A DNA stretch of 64,000 nucleotides from an uncultured Acidobacteriota bacterium (GTDB lineage: Bacteria; Acidobacteriota; Terriglobia; Terriglobales; Acidobacteriaceae), in the NCBI GenBank assembly GCA_963819455.1, contig CAWFWF010000004.1, positions 273,839 through 337,838 of the forward strand, read 5' to 3'. Positions 17,445 to 27,249 of the stretch are shown piece by piece. The notes under the pieces were generated by a model, which did not search any database, was not told the DNA's origin, and was given only the letters and a program-made list of their open reading frames with translations. A program made the position numbers and the translations under genes. The stretch's first letter is position 1, and every line of letters starts with the position of its first letter.

Positions 17445-17493
17445 CTCAGACCTCGGACTTCAGCCAGACAGACGTGGCACTCCGAGGTCTGAG
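17445..17493 (+). other. 13-bp perfect stem / 23-nt loop hairpin in the adaptor-permease spacer
   Basis: CTCAGACCTCGGA (17445-17457) pairs with TCCGAGGTCTGAG (17481-17493). Confidence 0.5.
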
Positions 17494-17545
17494 CTTTGTA
17501 AGGCAGTTAAAGGGCTTAGGTCAGAAGTCCAAGGTCTGGTTTCAG

Positions 17546-18805
17546 ATGACTCTCTCCGAGATTCTCCGACAAGCCGTAGCGACGTTCCGGGCGCACAAGA
17601 TGCGAACGTTCCTCACCATGCTTGGGCTGATTTGGGGAATCGCATCGGTAATCCTTCTGGTCGGATTGGGACGCGGATTTGTGGTCGATCAGAAAAAGCA
17701 CATGGAATCGCTCGGCAAGGATCTGGTCATCGTTTGGGGAGGACGCACGAGCTCTCAGGTTGGCGGACGAGCCGCCGGTCGTGAGATCCGCCTGAACGTT
17801 GACGATGCAGAACTGATCCGCAACGAGTGCTACCTCGTGAAAAACGTCAGTCCCGAACTGCGGCGGACGATTCCCGAAGTCAGCCAGTACAACCTGGCGA
17901 GTCGCGGGATTGTGGGAATGTGGCCTTCCTACCAGGAGTTTCGCTCGCTGAAAGTTTCCGAAGGAAGGCTCATTACCGACGACGATGAAAATCAGGGCCG
18001 ACGCGTCCTCGTGTTGGGATCGAAAGCCTACCGCCAGCTCTTCCCCGGACAACCGGCGATTGGTGCAACCGTTCTCGTGAAGAGCGTTCCCTATTCCGTG
18101 GTCGGTGTTTTGGAAGAGAAGAAACAGAATTCGAATTACAGCGGTCCCGACAACGATTATCTCTTCGCGCCGTACTCGGCCGTTTCGCGGGACTTCCCTC
18201 CCCCGGAAAAAGCAGGCGCTGGAATTACGCGCGGCTATCTCGATGACATCGTTTTCGAAGTCGGCGATCCGGAAACGCACGAAGCTGCGGTTCTCCAGGT
18301 GCGACGGTCCATCGCGCGAGTGCGGCATTTCGATGCCCTCGACAAAGATGCCCTGTTCGTCTGGGACACGATGGATGGCGCCAAGCAACTGGCGAAGATT
18401 TTCGGCGTGGTCACGCTCTTCTTCGGATGCGTTGCCTTCGTTACCCTCTGCCTGGGCGGCATCGGGGTCATGAACATCATGCTCGTGTCGGTCACCGAGC
18501 GCACGCGCGAGATCGGCACGCGCAAAGCCATGGGCGCCACGAAGCGCGACATCCTCCGCCAGTTCTTTGCCGAGTCTGCCATGCTGACTGTGGTCAGCGG
18601 CATTCTGGGATTTTCCTTCGGCATGGGAACCTGCGTAGCGTTGCAGGCTCTGCCGCTGCCCGACTTCGTTCCGCACCCGATCGTCTCCCCGATTTCGATC
18701 GTGGTTTCAATTTTGACTTTGTCGTTAATCACCGTGACCGCGGGAATGTATCCCGCCCAGCGCGCCGCGGATATGACACCAGTGGAGTCGCTACGTTATG
18801 AATAA
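17546..18805 (+). CDS. MacB-type ABC transporter permease 1 (MacB periplasmic core + FtsX domain)
   Basis: ..FRAHKMRTFLTMLGLIWGIASVILLV.. at the N-terminus, a ~220-aa periplasmic domain, then GGIGVMNIMLVSVTERTREIGTRKAMGA and a C-terminus ending PVESLRYE. Confidence 0.9.
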   Translation: MTLSEILRQAVATFRAHKMRTFLTMLGLIWGIASVILLVGLGRGFVVDQKKHMESLGKDLVIVWGGRTSSQVGGRAAGREIRLNVDDAELIRNECYLVKNVSPELRRTIPEVSQYNLASRGIVGMWPSYQEFRSLKVSEGRLITDDDENQGRRVLVLGSKAYRQLFPGQPAIGATVLVKSVPYSVVGVLEEKKQNSNYSGPDNDYLFAPYSAVSRDFPPPEKAGAGITRGYLDDIVFEVGDPETHEAAVLQVRRSIARVRHFDALDKDALFVWDTMDGAKQLAKIFGVVTLFFGCVAFVTLCLGGIGVMNIMLVSVTERTREIGTRKAMGATKRDILRQFFAESAMLTVVSGILGFSFGMGTCVALQALPLPDFVPHPIVSPISIVVSILTLSLITVTAGMYPAQRAADMTPVESLRYE

Positions 18806-19742
18806 CACTCGCAGACTTTCCCCTTCCTTCGTGTCCGGCGCTTTCTTGGCAATCGCGCTGGTCGTGCTGTTCACATCGACGGTCTTTGCCTCCTCTCCTC
18901 AGGGCACATTTGACCGGACGCTTCAGGTGTCGGGGCCAGTCGATCTCGAAGTTCTCACCCACTCCGGCGACGTTACGGTGAGGGCCGGTTCTTCAGGTTC
19001 CGTTCAAATTCACGGAAAGATTTACGTCGGCAACAGCTGGTTCGAGGGCCGCCGCGACAGCGACGTTCATGGGATCGAACAAAACCCGCCGATCCGTCAG
19101 GATGGAAATCGAATTCATATCGACTACGTGAACGCCCGCAACATCTCGGTGAATTACGAAATCACTGTCCCCGCCGACACAACGGTCCGTTCGCGCAGCG
19201 GCTCTGGCGACCAGACGATCGAAGGGACGCGAGGCAGCGCCGACATCCAGACCGGATCGGGCGATGTGAAACTCGCAAGCTTGACCGGTGAGGTCCACCT
19301 GCAAACCGGTTCGGGCAACATTCGCGCGCATTCCATCTCAGGCGTAGTCCGCGGCGGAACAGGCAGCGGCGATGTCGAGATCGAAGAAACTGGAGCCGGC
19401 GACGTCGATCTCCACACCGGTTCGGGCAATATCCAGGCTCGTGGCATCCAGGGCGGCTTCCGCGGCGAAGCCGGCAGCGGCGACATCACCGCCGAGGGCA
19501 AGCAGAGCGGCACATGGGACGTCCACACCGGTTCGGGCAATGTGCGCCTCCGGCTGCCAGGCAATGCCGCCTTCGACGCCGACATCGCGACCAGCTCTGG
19601 CAGCGTCGACATCAACGCTCCCGTGGAGATGACCGTGCAGGGCCGCGTCGAAGAGGCGCGCAAATCGGTGCATGGCAAAGTGCGCGGCGGCGGGCCGACG
19701 CTCCGCGTTCGTACGGGATCGGGCGACATTCACGTCGATTAA
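18798..19742 (+). CDS. DUF4097 (LiaG-like 'putative adhesin') beta-repeat protein
   Basis: Signal/anchor peptide followed by about 9 repeats of (T/S)GSGD(V/I)...; it ends ..VRTGSGDIHVD. The ATG overlaps the permease-1 stop (TATGAATAA). Confidence 0.85.
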   Translation: MNNTRRLSPSFVSGAFLAIALVVLFTSTVFASSPQGTFDRTLQVSGPVDLEVLTHSGDVTVRAGSSGSVQIHGKIYVGNSWFEGRRDSDVHGIEQNPPIRQDGNRIHIDYVNARNISVNYEITVPADTTVRSRSGSGDQTIEGTRGSADIQTGSGDVKLASLTGEVHLQTGSGNIRAHSISGVVRGGTGSGDVEIEETGAGDVDLHTGSGNIQARGIQGGFRGEAGSGDITAEGKQSGTWDVHTGSGNVRLRLPGNAAFDADIATSSGSVDINAPVEMTVQGRVEEARKSVHGKVRGGGPTLRVRTGSGDIHVD

Positions 19743-19862
19743 TTCCATCACCACGGAGGTACGGATGCGAGGAGACTCTTCACGTACGGAATCTATCGCG
19801 GTTTCAAAGAATTCCTCCCTGCCTCTGTGCCTTCGTGGTGAAAGGATTTTGAGTACACGACC

Positions 19863-21119
19863 ATGTTTCTAAAAGAGCTCATCGTGCAAGGCTGGCAAGC
19901 GCTCATGCGCGATCGCATGCGCTCGGCGCTCACCATGCTGGGTATCGGCTGGGGACTCGTCTCCGTCGTACTGCTGCTGGCCTATGGGCAAGGGCTTGGC
20001 GGCTGCGTGCTGAGCGCTTTTCTGAACATGGGAAACAACGTGATCGTGATGTGGCCCGGCCAAACCAGCATGCAAGCGGGCGGACAGCGCGCGGGCAAGA
20101 AGGTCAACTACGAACTGGAAGATGTCGAAGCGATCCGCGACGAGGTTCCTCTCGTGCGCGCCGTCAGCGGAGAGATTGACCGCGACTTCGGCTTCAAGAT
20201 TGGCACGCGTGTCGTTTCGATTATGGTCCGTGGAGTGGACCTGCCCTACGGTCAGATGCGCAAGCTAAATCTTGCCGAGGGCCGTTACTTCAACGAGAGC
20301 GACTTCGCCGACCACCATCGCGTGGTAATTCTCGGGTACGAGGCGGCAAAGAAAGTCTTTCAGGGCGCGCCAGGCGCCGGACAGCATGTCGAAATCGGCG
20401 GTCTCGATTTCGAAGTCATCGGAACCATGCGCAACAAGATTCAGGACTCGATGTATCAAGGTCCGGACAACGAGAACGGCTTCATTCCCTTCGCCCTGAT
20501 GCGCGACCTGAAGAATATCCGCGACCCCGACGAGATCATCATTCAGCCGACTGCTCCGGAATTGAACAAGAAGGCCTTGATGGCCGCCCGTGAAGTCGTT
20601 GCGCGCCGTCATCACTTCGATCCCAAAGACGAGAAGGCCACTCCCGAGTGGGACACCATCGAAGACCGCAGCATGATCAACGCTTTCTCCTACGGCCTGC
20701 AAGCAGTGCTCGGCCTGATTGGAGTCTGCACCCTTGCCGTCGGCGGCATCGGCGTGATGAACATCATGCTCGTCTCGGTTACCGAGCGAACGCGGGAGAT
20801 CGGGCTTCGGAAAGCGATCGGCGCTCGCCCCCGGCACATCCTGGTGCAGTTCCTGCTGGAAGCGCTGGTTCTGACCTTTGTGGGCGGAGTCATCGGAATG
20901 GCGGTCGCGGAGCTGCTTACCTGGGCGATTCCGCCGATGCCTCTGTACGACGAGTTCTACAAAACCGCCGACCACGAAGGCGCGATCTTCCTTCATGCCT
21001 CGATGGGGGTGATGGTGATTTCGTTCACGATCCTGACGCTGGTGGGCATTGTTTCCGGGTTCTTTCCTGCCCTGAAAGCGTCGCGTATGCATCCGATTGA
21101 AGCTTTACGGTACGAGTAA
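19863..21119 (+). CDS. MacB-type ABC transporter permease 2
   Basis: Same architecture as permease 1: ..MRSALTMLGIGWGLVSVVLLL.., GGIGVMNIMLVSVTERTREIGLRKAIGA, ..PIEALRYE. Confidence 0.9.
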   Translation: MFLKELIVQGWQALMRDRMRSALTMLGIGWGLVSVVLLLAYGQGLGGCVLSAFLNMGNNVIVMWPGQTSMQAGGQRAGKKVNYELEDVEAIRDEVPLVRAVSGEIDRDFGFKIGTRVVSIMVRGVDLPYGQMRKLNLAEGRYFNESDFADHHRVVILGYEAAKKVFQGAPGAGQHVEIGGLDFEVIGTMRNKIQDSMYQGPDNENGFIPFALMRDLKNIRDPDEIIIQPTAPELNKKALMAAREVVARRHHFDPKDEKATPEWDTIEDRSMINAFSYGLQAVLGLIGVCTLAVGGIGVMNIMLVSVTERTREIGLRKAIGARPRHILVQFLLEALVLTFVGGVIGMAVAELLTWAIPPMPLYDEFYKTADHEGAIFLHASMGVMVISFTILTLVGIVSGFFPALKASRMHPIEALRYE

Positions 21120-21220
21120 GCAACGTTCAGGCACCGGCACGCGTCAGACCGATTAACCGTTCTGAAATTATTTTGGCATTTGGTTGATACCAAAAACGAT
21201 GCCGAAACGTTGAATCCCAT

Positions 21221-22465
21221 ATGAGAGCAGTCGTCGATATCTTCGCGCAGATCTTCCGCAACCTGTGGGCGCACAAACTGCGCTCGTTTCTCACCATGTT
21301 TGGAATCGCATGGGGGGTCGGCTCGCTCCTACTGCTGGTTGGCGTCGGCGAAGGCTTCCGCTCCGGCAACAAACGCCAGATGGCGGAGTTCGGCAAAGAC
21401 ATCATGTTCCTGTTTCCCGGGCGCGCTCCTGCCGTGCAGGGCAGCATGAATTCTGCGCGCTCATACCTGCTCACCTACGACGACTTCCGGCAGATCCGCC
21501 AGGCTCCGCACGTCCGTAATGCGTGCCCGGTCATCTCCCGCGGCGATCTGAAAGAAGTCAGCGAGTTTGCGACCGGCAGCGGAGAGATCCTCGGCACCGA
21601 AACCGAACTCAATGAGATCAGCTACCTGCCCTTGATGGAAGGTCGATGGCTCAATGAACTGGATGGAACGCAGCGGCGGAATGTGATCGTTCTCGGCAAC
21701 GAACTATTAAAGACGCTCTTTCCCGGACGTCCGGCGGTGGGCTCGTTCGTCCTGCTGAACGGCATTCGTTTTGAAGTTGTCGGAGCGATGCCGCACTTGG
21801 GCCACGCCAACAACATGTGGCTGAATATGCGCGGATACATTCCCTTTCAAGTGATGGCCGCGAACTTCCCCATCAAGGGGGAGAACCACCAGAACGCAAT
21901 CTCCTTTGTGGAGTACCAGCCCAGCAATACGTCCGACCATCTGCTGGCGCAAAAAGATGTTCACAAGATCGTTGCCCGCAACCACGGCTTCGATTCGAAC
22001 GACGAAAACGCCTTCGACGAGTGGGATTCCATCCAGGAATCGAAGATGGTCGGCACCATTTTCGACATGATGAATATGTTCCTGGGAGCGGTTGGCATGG
22101 TAACTCTGGCCTTGGGAGCGATCGGCGTCATCAACATCATGCTGGTCGCGGTGAGCGAACGCACCCGCGAGATTGGGCTGCGCAAGGCTTTGGGCGCGAC
22201 CAACCGCAACATTCTGTCTCACTTCTTTCTGGAAGGATTGCTACTCACGCTGGGGAGCGGCCTGATCGGCCTCATGCTGGCAGGCGGGCTAATGGCGTTG
22301 ATGGGCGGAGTGCAGGGCCCGCAAGGCTTCGATCCGCCGAAGCTGGTGCCGATGTCCGGCTTGCTGGCCATCGTAAGTCTGACGCTGGCCGGGGTGGTGG
22401 CCGGCCTTTATCCCGCGCGCAAAGCAGCAATGCTGCAGCCGGTAGAAGCACTGCGGCAGGAGTAG
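21221..22465 (+). CDS. MacB-type ABC transporter permease 3
   Basis: ..LRSFLTMFGIAWGVGSLLLLV.., GAIGVINIMLVAVSERTREIGLRKALGA, ..PVEALRQE. Confidence 0.9.
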   Translation: MRAVVDIFAQIFRNLWAHKLRSFLTMFGIAWGVGSLLLLVGVGEGFRSGNKRQMAEFGKDIMFLFPGRAPAVQGSMNSARSYLLTYDDFRQIRQAPHVRNACPVISRGDLKEVSEFATGSGEILGTETELNEISYLPLMEGRWLNELDGTQRRNVIVLGNELLKTLFPGRPAVGSFVLLNGIRFEVVGAMPHLGHANNMWLNMRGYIPFQVMAANFPIKGENHQNAISFVEYQPSNTSDHLLAQKDVHKIVARNHGFDSNDENAFDEWDSIQESKMVGTIFDMMNMFLGAVGMVTLALGAIGVINIMLVAVSERTREIGLRKALGATNRNILSHFFLEGLLLTLGSGLIGLMLAGGLMALMGGVQGPQGFDPPKLVPMSGLLAIVSLTLAGVVAGLYPARKAAMLQPVEALRQE

Positions 22466-22472
22466 CCACACC

Positions 22473-23724
22473 ATGAGACGAACACTTCAGGATTTGCTTC
22501 ACGAAGCCTACAACGCGATGCGGCACAACCGGCGGCGCACGGCGTTGACCATGCTCGGCATGGGCTGGGGCATCGCGACGGTCGTCATGCTGCTGGCCTA
22601 CGGCGATGGGTTCGGACAGGCTTTCGAAAATATCTTCGCGAATTTCGGAACCAAGATGGTGATCGTGGTTCCCGGCAAGACTTCGACGCAGGCGGGCGGT
22701 CAGAAATCCGGCGTGCAGGTGCGTTTCACGCAAGAGGATATTCAAGCTCTCACGACGAACCTTCCGCAGATCACTCACATCACCCCCTCCGTCGACAAAC
22801 AAGCCAACGTTCAGTACGACACTCGCGTCTTCCCATTCCCTGTGACCGGAAATGATCCAAGCGTGCTCGACATTCGGGCGCTGAATATGGGGCCCGGACG
22901 CTTCTACAACATGGAGGACCAGATCCAGCGCGCGCGCGTGGCGGTCATCGGCTCTGAAGCGAAGGAAAAACTCTTCTCAGGCCGCAATGCGATTGGCGAG
23001 CATATCCGCCTCGACGGCCTCAGTTTCGAAGTAATTGGCGTCCTCAAGGCGAAGATGCAAGAAGGAAACGACGACATCAACCGGGTCGTTTATATCCCCT
23101 TCACCACGATGAGCGATCTGAAGGACACCCATTACCTCGACACGATCTGGTTCAACTATCAGACGCCGGAATACGCGAAAATCGAGCCGGCGGTGCGGTC
23201 AATCCTGGCGACGCAGCACAAGTTCAACGAGTCGGACCACCAGGCCGTGCGAGTCTTCAACATCATGATGCAGCTGCATCAGTTCGAGATCATCTCGCTT
23301 GGTCTGAAGATTCTGATGGGCTTCATCGGAACCCTGACGCTCGGCATTGGCGGCGTCGGGCTGATGAACATCATGCTGGTCTCGGTCACACAGCGCACGC
23401 GCGAGATCGGCGTGCAAAAAGCGTCTGGGCGCGCCGCGCCGCTACATCCTGATGCAATTCCTCGCCGAGGCTCTCACGATCACCTTTATCGGCGGAGTCC
23501 TGGGAGTCATCCTGGCCTACGCCGTCGCTCTTTCGGTGGGAAGGCTGACCCTGTACAGCGCTTTTGCGAAAAATGGCGAGGCGGGCGACATCCGCCTGAT
23601 CATCGCCCCCGGCACGCTGATAGCCTCCACCCTGATTCTGGCAGCCGTCGGCTTGATCAGCGGAATGATTCCAGCATTTCGCGCCTCCCGCCTCAATCCT
23701 ATTGAGGCATTGCGCCACGAATAA
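22473..23724 (+). pseudogene. MacB-type ABC transporter permease 4, one frameshift near 23424
   Basis: The frame from 22473 reads ..GGVGLMNIMLVSVTQRTREIGVQKA and then nonsense. The family continuation (A/P)RRYILMQFLAEALTITFIGG..PIEALRHE is in the next frame and ends at 23724. Confidence 0.8.
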
Positions 23725-23749
23725 TTGCGGAAAATGTTAGGTTAGTTTC

Positions 23750-24241
23750 ATGAGCGACCGGGACGTGTTGGATGTCTCAGCCGTGGACGACCCCAGCGAG
23801 TCAGCGGTCCCGATGGTTATCGCAATCTGCTGCCTCACGATTATTCTGGCATTGATGCTCGGGGTAGGCCTCGCCACCAAGTTGGTTCTTCGTCACCTCG
23901 TGCAAACGGCTCCGCTTTGGATCGGCGTCGCGCTAGGTTTTCGCCGCTCCAGCGCCTCCGCTTGGGCAACTCTTCCACTATTCTTGTTCTGGCTGGTACT
24001 GATGGCCGTGATCTGGTCTTATCTTCTCGGCTTTTCCCAACTGCTCAGTGGAAGCTTCTCGCGAGTGGAAACCGCCATGACCGTTATCGTTGGCACGGCC
24101 TCGGTGATTGGCATTGCCAGTTTCGCGCGCTTCAAGTCTTCCCTGTCAGGACTGATTGCCGGCGCGTGGTTCGTGATCATGGGCATCATTCAGTTTGCCT
24201 GCTTCAGGATCAGCTTCCTCCCCTCAATCGCGCACCACTGA
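23750..24241 (+). CDS. hypothetical 4-5-TM membrane protein
   Basis: 163 aa, strongly hydrophobic. It starts 25 nt after the permease array on the same strand. Confidence 0.55.
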   Translation: MSDRDVLDVSAVDDPSESAVPMVIAICCLTIILALMLGVGLATKLVLRHLVQTAPLWIGVALGFRRSSASAWATLPLFLFWLVLMAVIWSYLLGFSQLLSGSFSRVETAMTVIVGTASVIGIASFARFKSSLSGLIAGAWFVIMGIIQFACFRISFLPSIAHH

Positions 24242-24250
24242 TGCCTTGAA

Positions 24251-24282
24251 ATTCCTTCGTGGACCTTCGTGGCCTTTGTGGC
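24251..24282. repeat. CTTCGTG..CCTTTGTGG repeat unit
   Basis: TTCCTTCGTGGACCTTCGTGGCCTTTGTGGCT. Related units occur at 30642-30719 (inverted pair), 44404-44425 and, in part, near 19826-19845. Confidence 0.55.
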
Positions 24283-24378
24283 TGATGCCTTTCTTGCCGG
24301 ATAAAGACTATCTCTCTAATTACCTCCGTGCCTTGACGCTTCGCTTCCCTGCCCGTTACTTTCGCAGTAAGTAGAATT

Positions 24379-25227
24379 TTGTCTTCCAGCGAGGGAACTT
24401 TGCCGCATCGTCCGATCATCACGCTCACTACCGATTTTGGAATCAACGATCATTTTGTGGGAGCCGTAAAGGGTGTCATTCTTGACATCGTCCCTGAGGC
24501 TGCGATCGTCGACATTTCGCATGCGGTGCAAGCGTTTGACGTGCTTGACGGCGCCATCGCAATTTCGCAGGCTTATTCCTACTTTCCGAACGGCACAGTT
24601 CATCTGGTGGTTGTCGATCCTGGCGTTGGCACGTCGCGCCGTCCGATTGTCGCTTCCAGCGATGGCTATCATTTCGTAGCTCCCGACAATGGTGTCCTTT
24701 CCATGGTGTATGCGAAGGAAGAGCGTGTCCACGTGCGCCACATCGCGTCGGATCACTACTTCCGCCAGCCGGTGAGCAACACGTTTCATGCGCGTGACAT
24801 CTTCGCGCCCGTCGCCGCCTACCTGGCAAAGCAAGTCGAGTCGCACAAATTCGGCGAAGAAATTACGGACTACATAAAATTTGCCGCACCGCGGCCGAAA
24901 GCGACTGGCGAGAACCGTATGCGCGCCGTGATTTTGAAAGTCGATCGCTTCGGAAACCTCATCACCAACCTGACCCCGGAAGATGCTCCGGCGATTTTCT
25001 CCGGCAAGTCGCCTTTCAAGATTGTCGTTGGCAGCAAAGAAATCACCGACCTGCGCAACAACTACGCAGAAGGCGCGCCGGGAGAAGTTTTCGGCATCCT
25101 CGGTAGCATGGGATATCTCGAAATCGTTGCGAACCGCACGCCCGCCGCTCAACTCACCGGCGCAGGCAAGGGCAGCGAGGTCACCATCTTCCTCGGAGAA
25201 GCCGCAGCAGCCGGCAAGGGGGCATAG
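24379..25227 (+). CDS. SAM hydroxide adenosyltransferase family protein (DUF62, fluorinase/chlorinase-like)
   Basis: RPIITLTTDFGINDHFVGAVKGVILDI..DISH..VVVDPGVGTSRRPIV..APDNGVL..F(H)ARDIFAPVAA is the family signature. TTG start. Confidence 0.85.
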   Translation: MSSSEGTLPHRPIITLTTDFGINDHFVGAVKGVILDIVPEAAIVDISHAVQAFDVLDGAIAISQAYSYFPNGTVHLVVVDPGVGTSRRPIVASSDGYHFVAPDNGVLSMVYAKEERVHVRHIASDHYFRQPVSNTFHARDIFAPVAAYLAKQVESHKFGEEITDYIKFAAPRPKATGENRMRAVILKVDRFGNLITNLTPEDAPAIFSGKSPFKIVVGSKEITDLRNNYAEGAPGEVFGILGSMGYLEIVANRTPAAQLTGAGKGSEVTIFLGEAAAAGKGA

Positions 25228-25321
25228 GCACCCATCACCACAGGGCTCTGAGTACACAGAGGCTTTCGGAATTCACCTGTGCGACTCTGTATCTTCCGGG
25301 TGAACGTTTTTCTGATTTCCG

Positions 25322-25555
25322 CTACGAACTTTTGGGCCGGGGATGGACATACCGTTCCATCTCGCCCGTCCACTGCAGAAAGCGCCAGAGCTCGCGACGC
25401 TCGCGCCACATGAATTCCCAGAACTCCAGGAATCCAATCTGCTTCATCTTCACGCCGGTATACGTCTCGATGCGCCATAAAAGGTAGGGGCTCCGCCACG
25501 GGGCGAGACGATGCCCCTTGGTCGCATTCCACAAAAAGCGAAGCTTGGTGCGCAT
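25322..25555 (-). CDS. hypothetical Trp/Arg-rich 77-aa protein
   Basis: Isolated ORF with coding-like composition. I recognise no family. Confidence 0.35.
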   Translation of the reverse strand: MRTKLRFLWNATKGHRLAPWRSPYLLWRIETYTGVKMKQIGFLEFWEFMWRERRELWRFLQWTGEMERYVHPRPKSS

Positions 25556-25622
25556 GCCGACATCATAACCACAAAGGCCTTGCGCTGCTACGCTTCAGGC
25601 AGTCTCGGCGCGCGTTGGTCAC

Positions 25623-26015
25623 ATGCTAGAATCCGATTTCCCTGGGGAAATTGATCGCATGCCTGATGAAAGCGCCCGCCAAAAGGCCGAAGACCACTAT
25701 TACGTCGCGCTCGATCTGATGGCGGACGGGAAACTGGAGCAGGCGGTGGCCGAGTATCGGCTGTCGCTGTCGGCCGATCCCACCTTCACCGAGGCGATGC
25801 ACGGCCTGGCACGTGTCCTGCAGGATCTCGAACGCTATGACGAAGCGATTCCGGTAGCCCAGCGCATCGCGGAAATTGATCCGGACGATGTGCTCGCCCA
25901 TACCAGCCTCTCGGTGCTGTATCAGAAAAAAGGTATGGTTCCCGAGGCGGAAGCCGAAGGCGCCAAAGCTCGCGTTCTGGGATGGAAACAGCAATTGAAG
26001 AAGGGCGGCTCGTAA
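25623..26015 (+). CDS. TPR-repeat protein
   Basis: Three TPR-like units (..LEQAVAEYRLSLSADPTFTEAMHGLARVLQDLERYDEAIPVAQRIAEIDPDDVLAHTSLSVLYQKKG..). Confidence 0.7.
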   Translation: MLESDFPGEIDRMPDESARQKAEDHYYVALDLMADGKLEQAVAEYRLSLSADPTFTEAMHGLARVLQDLERYDEAIPVAQRIAEIDPDDVLAHTSLSVLYQKKGMVPEAEAEGAKARVLGWKQQLKKGGS

Positions 26016-26056
26016 CCGCGCCCAGCGTGAGGAGTCGATCCGCGGTCGCGTCCCGT

Positions 26057-26797
26057 ATGGCTCACCGGCAACTCAAAATTCTCGGCGTGTGGGAAGCGTC
26101 ATTGAACGCCGATCCTCCAGAGCTGCCCCCAGGGGCGGTTCACCTGTGGCAACGCTCGTTGCACGCTACAGCGGCAGCCCAGGATGCGTGTTTCGAATTG
26201 CTCTCCGACGATGAGCGCGAGAAAGCCGGGCGCTATCGCATGGAACAGCCACGCGCTGACTTCGTTCTCACCCGCGGCACACTGCGTTCTCTTCTCGCAA
26301 AATATTTGAGCATCCCGCCCTCGCAAGTTTCTTTCCGCTATGCGGAGCATGGCAAGCCCTTCCTCGCAGGCGGTGGGGATCTGCGTTTCAACGTGTCGCA
26401 CAGTGATGGACTGGCCCTGATGGCCTTCGTACGAAACCGCGAGATTGGTGTCGATGTCGAAAGGGTGCGCGAGCAGAGCGACGCGATGAAACTCGCCGAG
26501 CGATTTTTCTCACCTCACGAACGCAACGCGCTTCGCGGTCTGTCGGGAAATGAACTTCATGCCGCTTTCTTTCGTTGCTGGACGCGGAAAGAGTCTTACA
26601 TCAAGGCGAAAGGTGAGGGACTCTCCCTGCCGCTCCATCAGTTCGATGTCTCCGTCGAAAGCGATCCGGCGCAGTTGCTGCTGGCGACACGGCCCGATCC
26701 CGACGAAGCGGATCGATGGTCGCTCCGCAATGTCGCCGTTCCACCCGGATACGCAGCGGCGCTCGCCGTGGAGCAGATCGCCCATTCGTCCGTTTAA
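26057..26797 (+). CDS. 4'-phosphopantetheinyl transferase (Sfp type)
   Basis: FNVSHSDGLALMAF..EIGVDVE and WTRKESYIKAKGEGL motifs. The ATG at 26057 was chosen to avoid overlap with the TPR gene; the ORF is open from 25982. Confidence 0.85.
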   Translation: MAHRQLKILGVWEASLNADPPELPPGAVHLWQRSLHATAAAQDACFELLSDDEREKAGRYRMEQPRADFVLTRGTLRSLLAKYLSIPPSQVSFRYAEHGKPFLAGGGDLRFNVSHSDGLALMAFVRNREIGVDVERVREQSDAMKLAERFFSPHERNALRGLSGNELHAAFFRCWTRKESYIKAKGEGLSLPLHQFDVSVESDPAQLLLATRPDPDEADRWSLRNVAVPPGYAAALAVEQIAHSSV

Positions 26798-27249
26798 ATT
26801 TTCAACACCGAATCGATTGCGAGATTACATCCGTAATCGATTTCTCTGGTGACTGCGGTAATGCTGCCGCACGCCGCCAAAAATTGCATACTCTTAAAAC
26901 GACACGTGGAGCGACTTGCTTCCCCATGCTGCGCAAGGACTTGCATATTGGGCTGGGAAAAATGAAGGCGCTCCGTGGAAAAATTCGAATTAAGCTTTAA
27001 TCCTTATCAATTTACAGTAGAATGACCGAAACCCCTGATCGGCATGGCACATGCGTGCCGTAAGCTTATTCAAACGTTTGTTGTAGACTGAGAGAAATAT
27101 TGGGTCAGTGACCCGCAACAAGATTTAAGTCTCGTTTGCATGTCCCCCCTCGACAGAACCATCTGGAAGTCATCACGAATTCCTTTTGCGAGACGTTGAT
27201 TTTTTAAGGCAATAAATCACAACTCGACGAACCTGGGAGGTTCACACGC

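Noticed and set aside
27000-27249. Riboswitch upstream of sat-cysC. The fragments CUUAUCAA and CUGAGA...ACCC resemble SAM-I and TPP fragments.
   Set aside because: The fragments are in the wrong order and context, and the remaining conserved cores are absent. It is kept only as an unexplained long leader.
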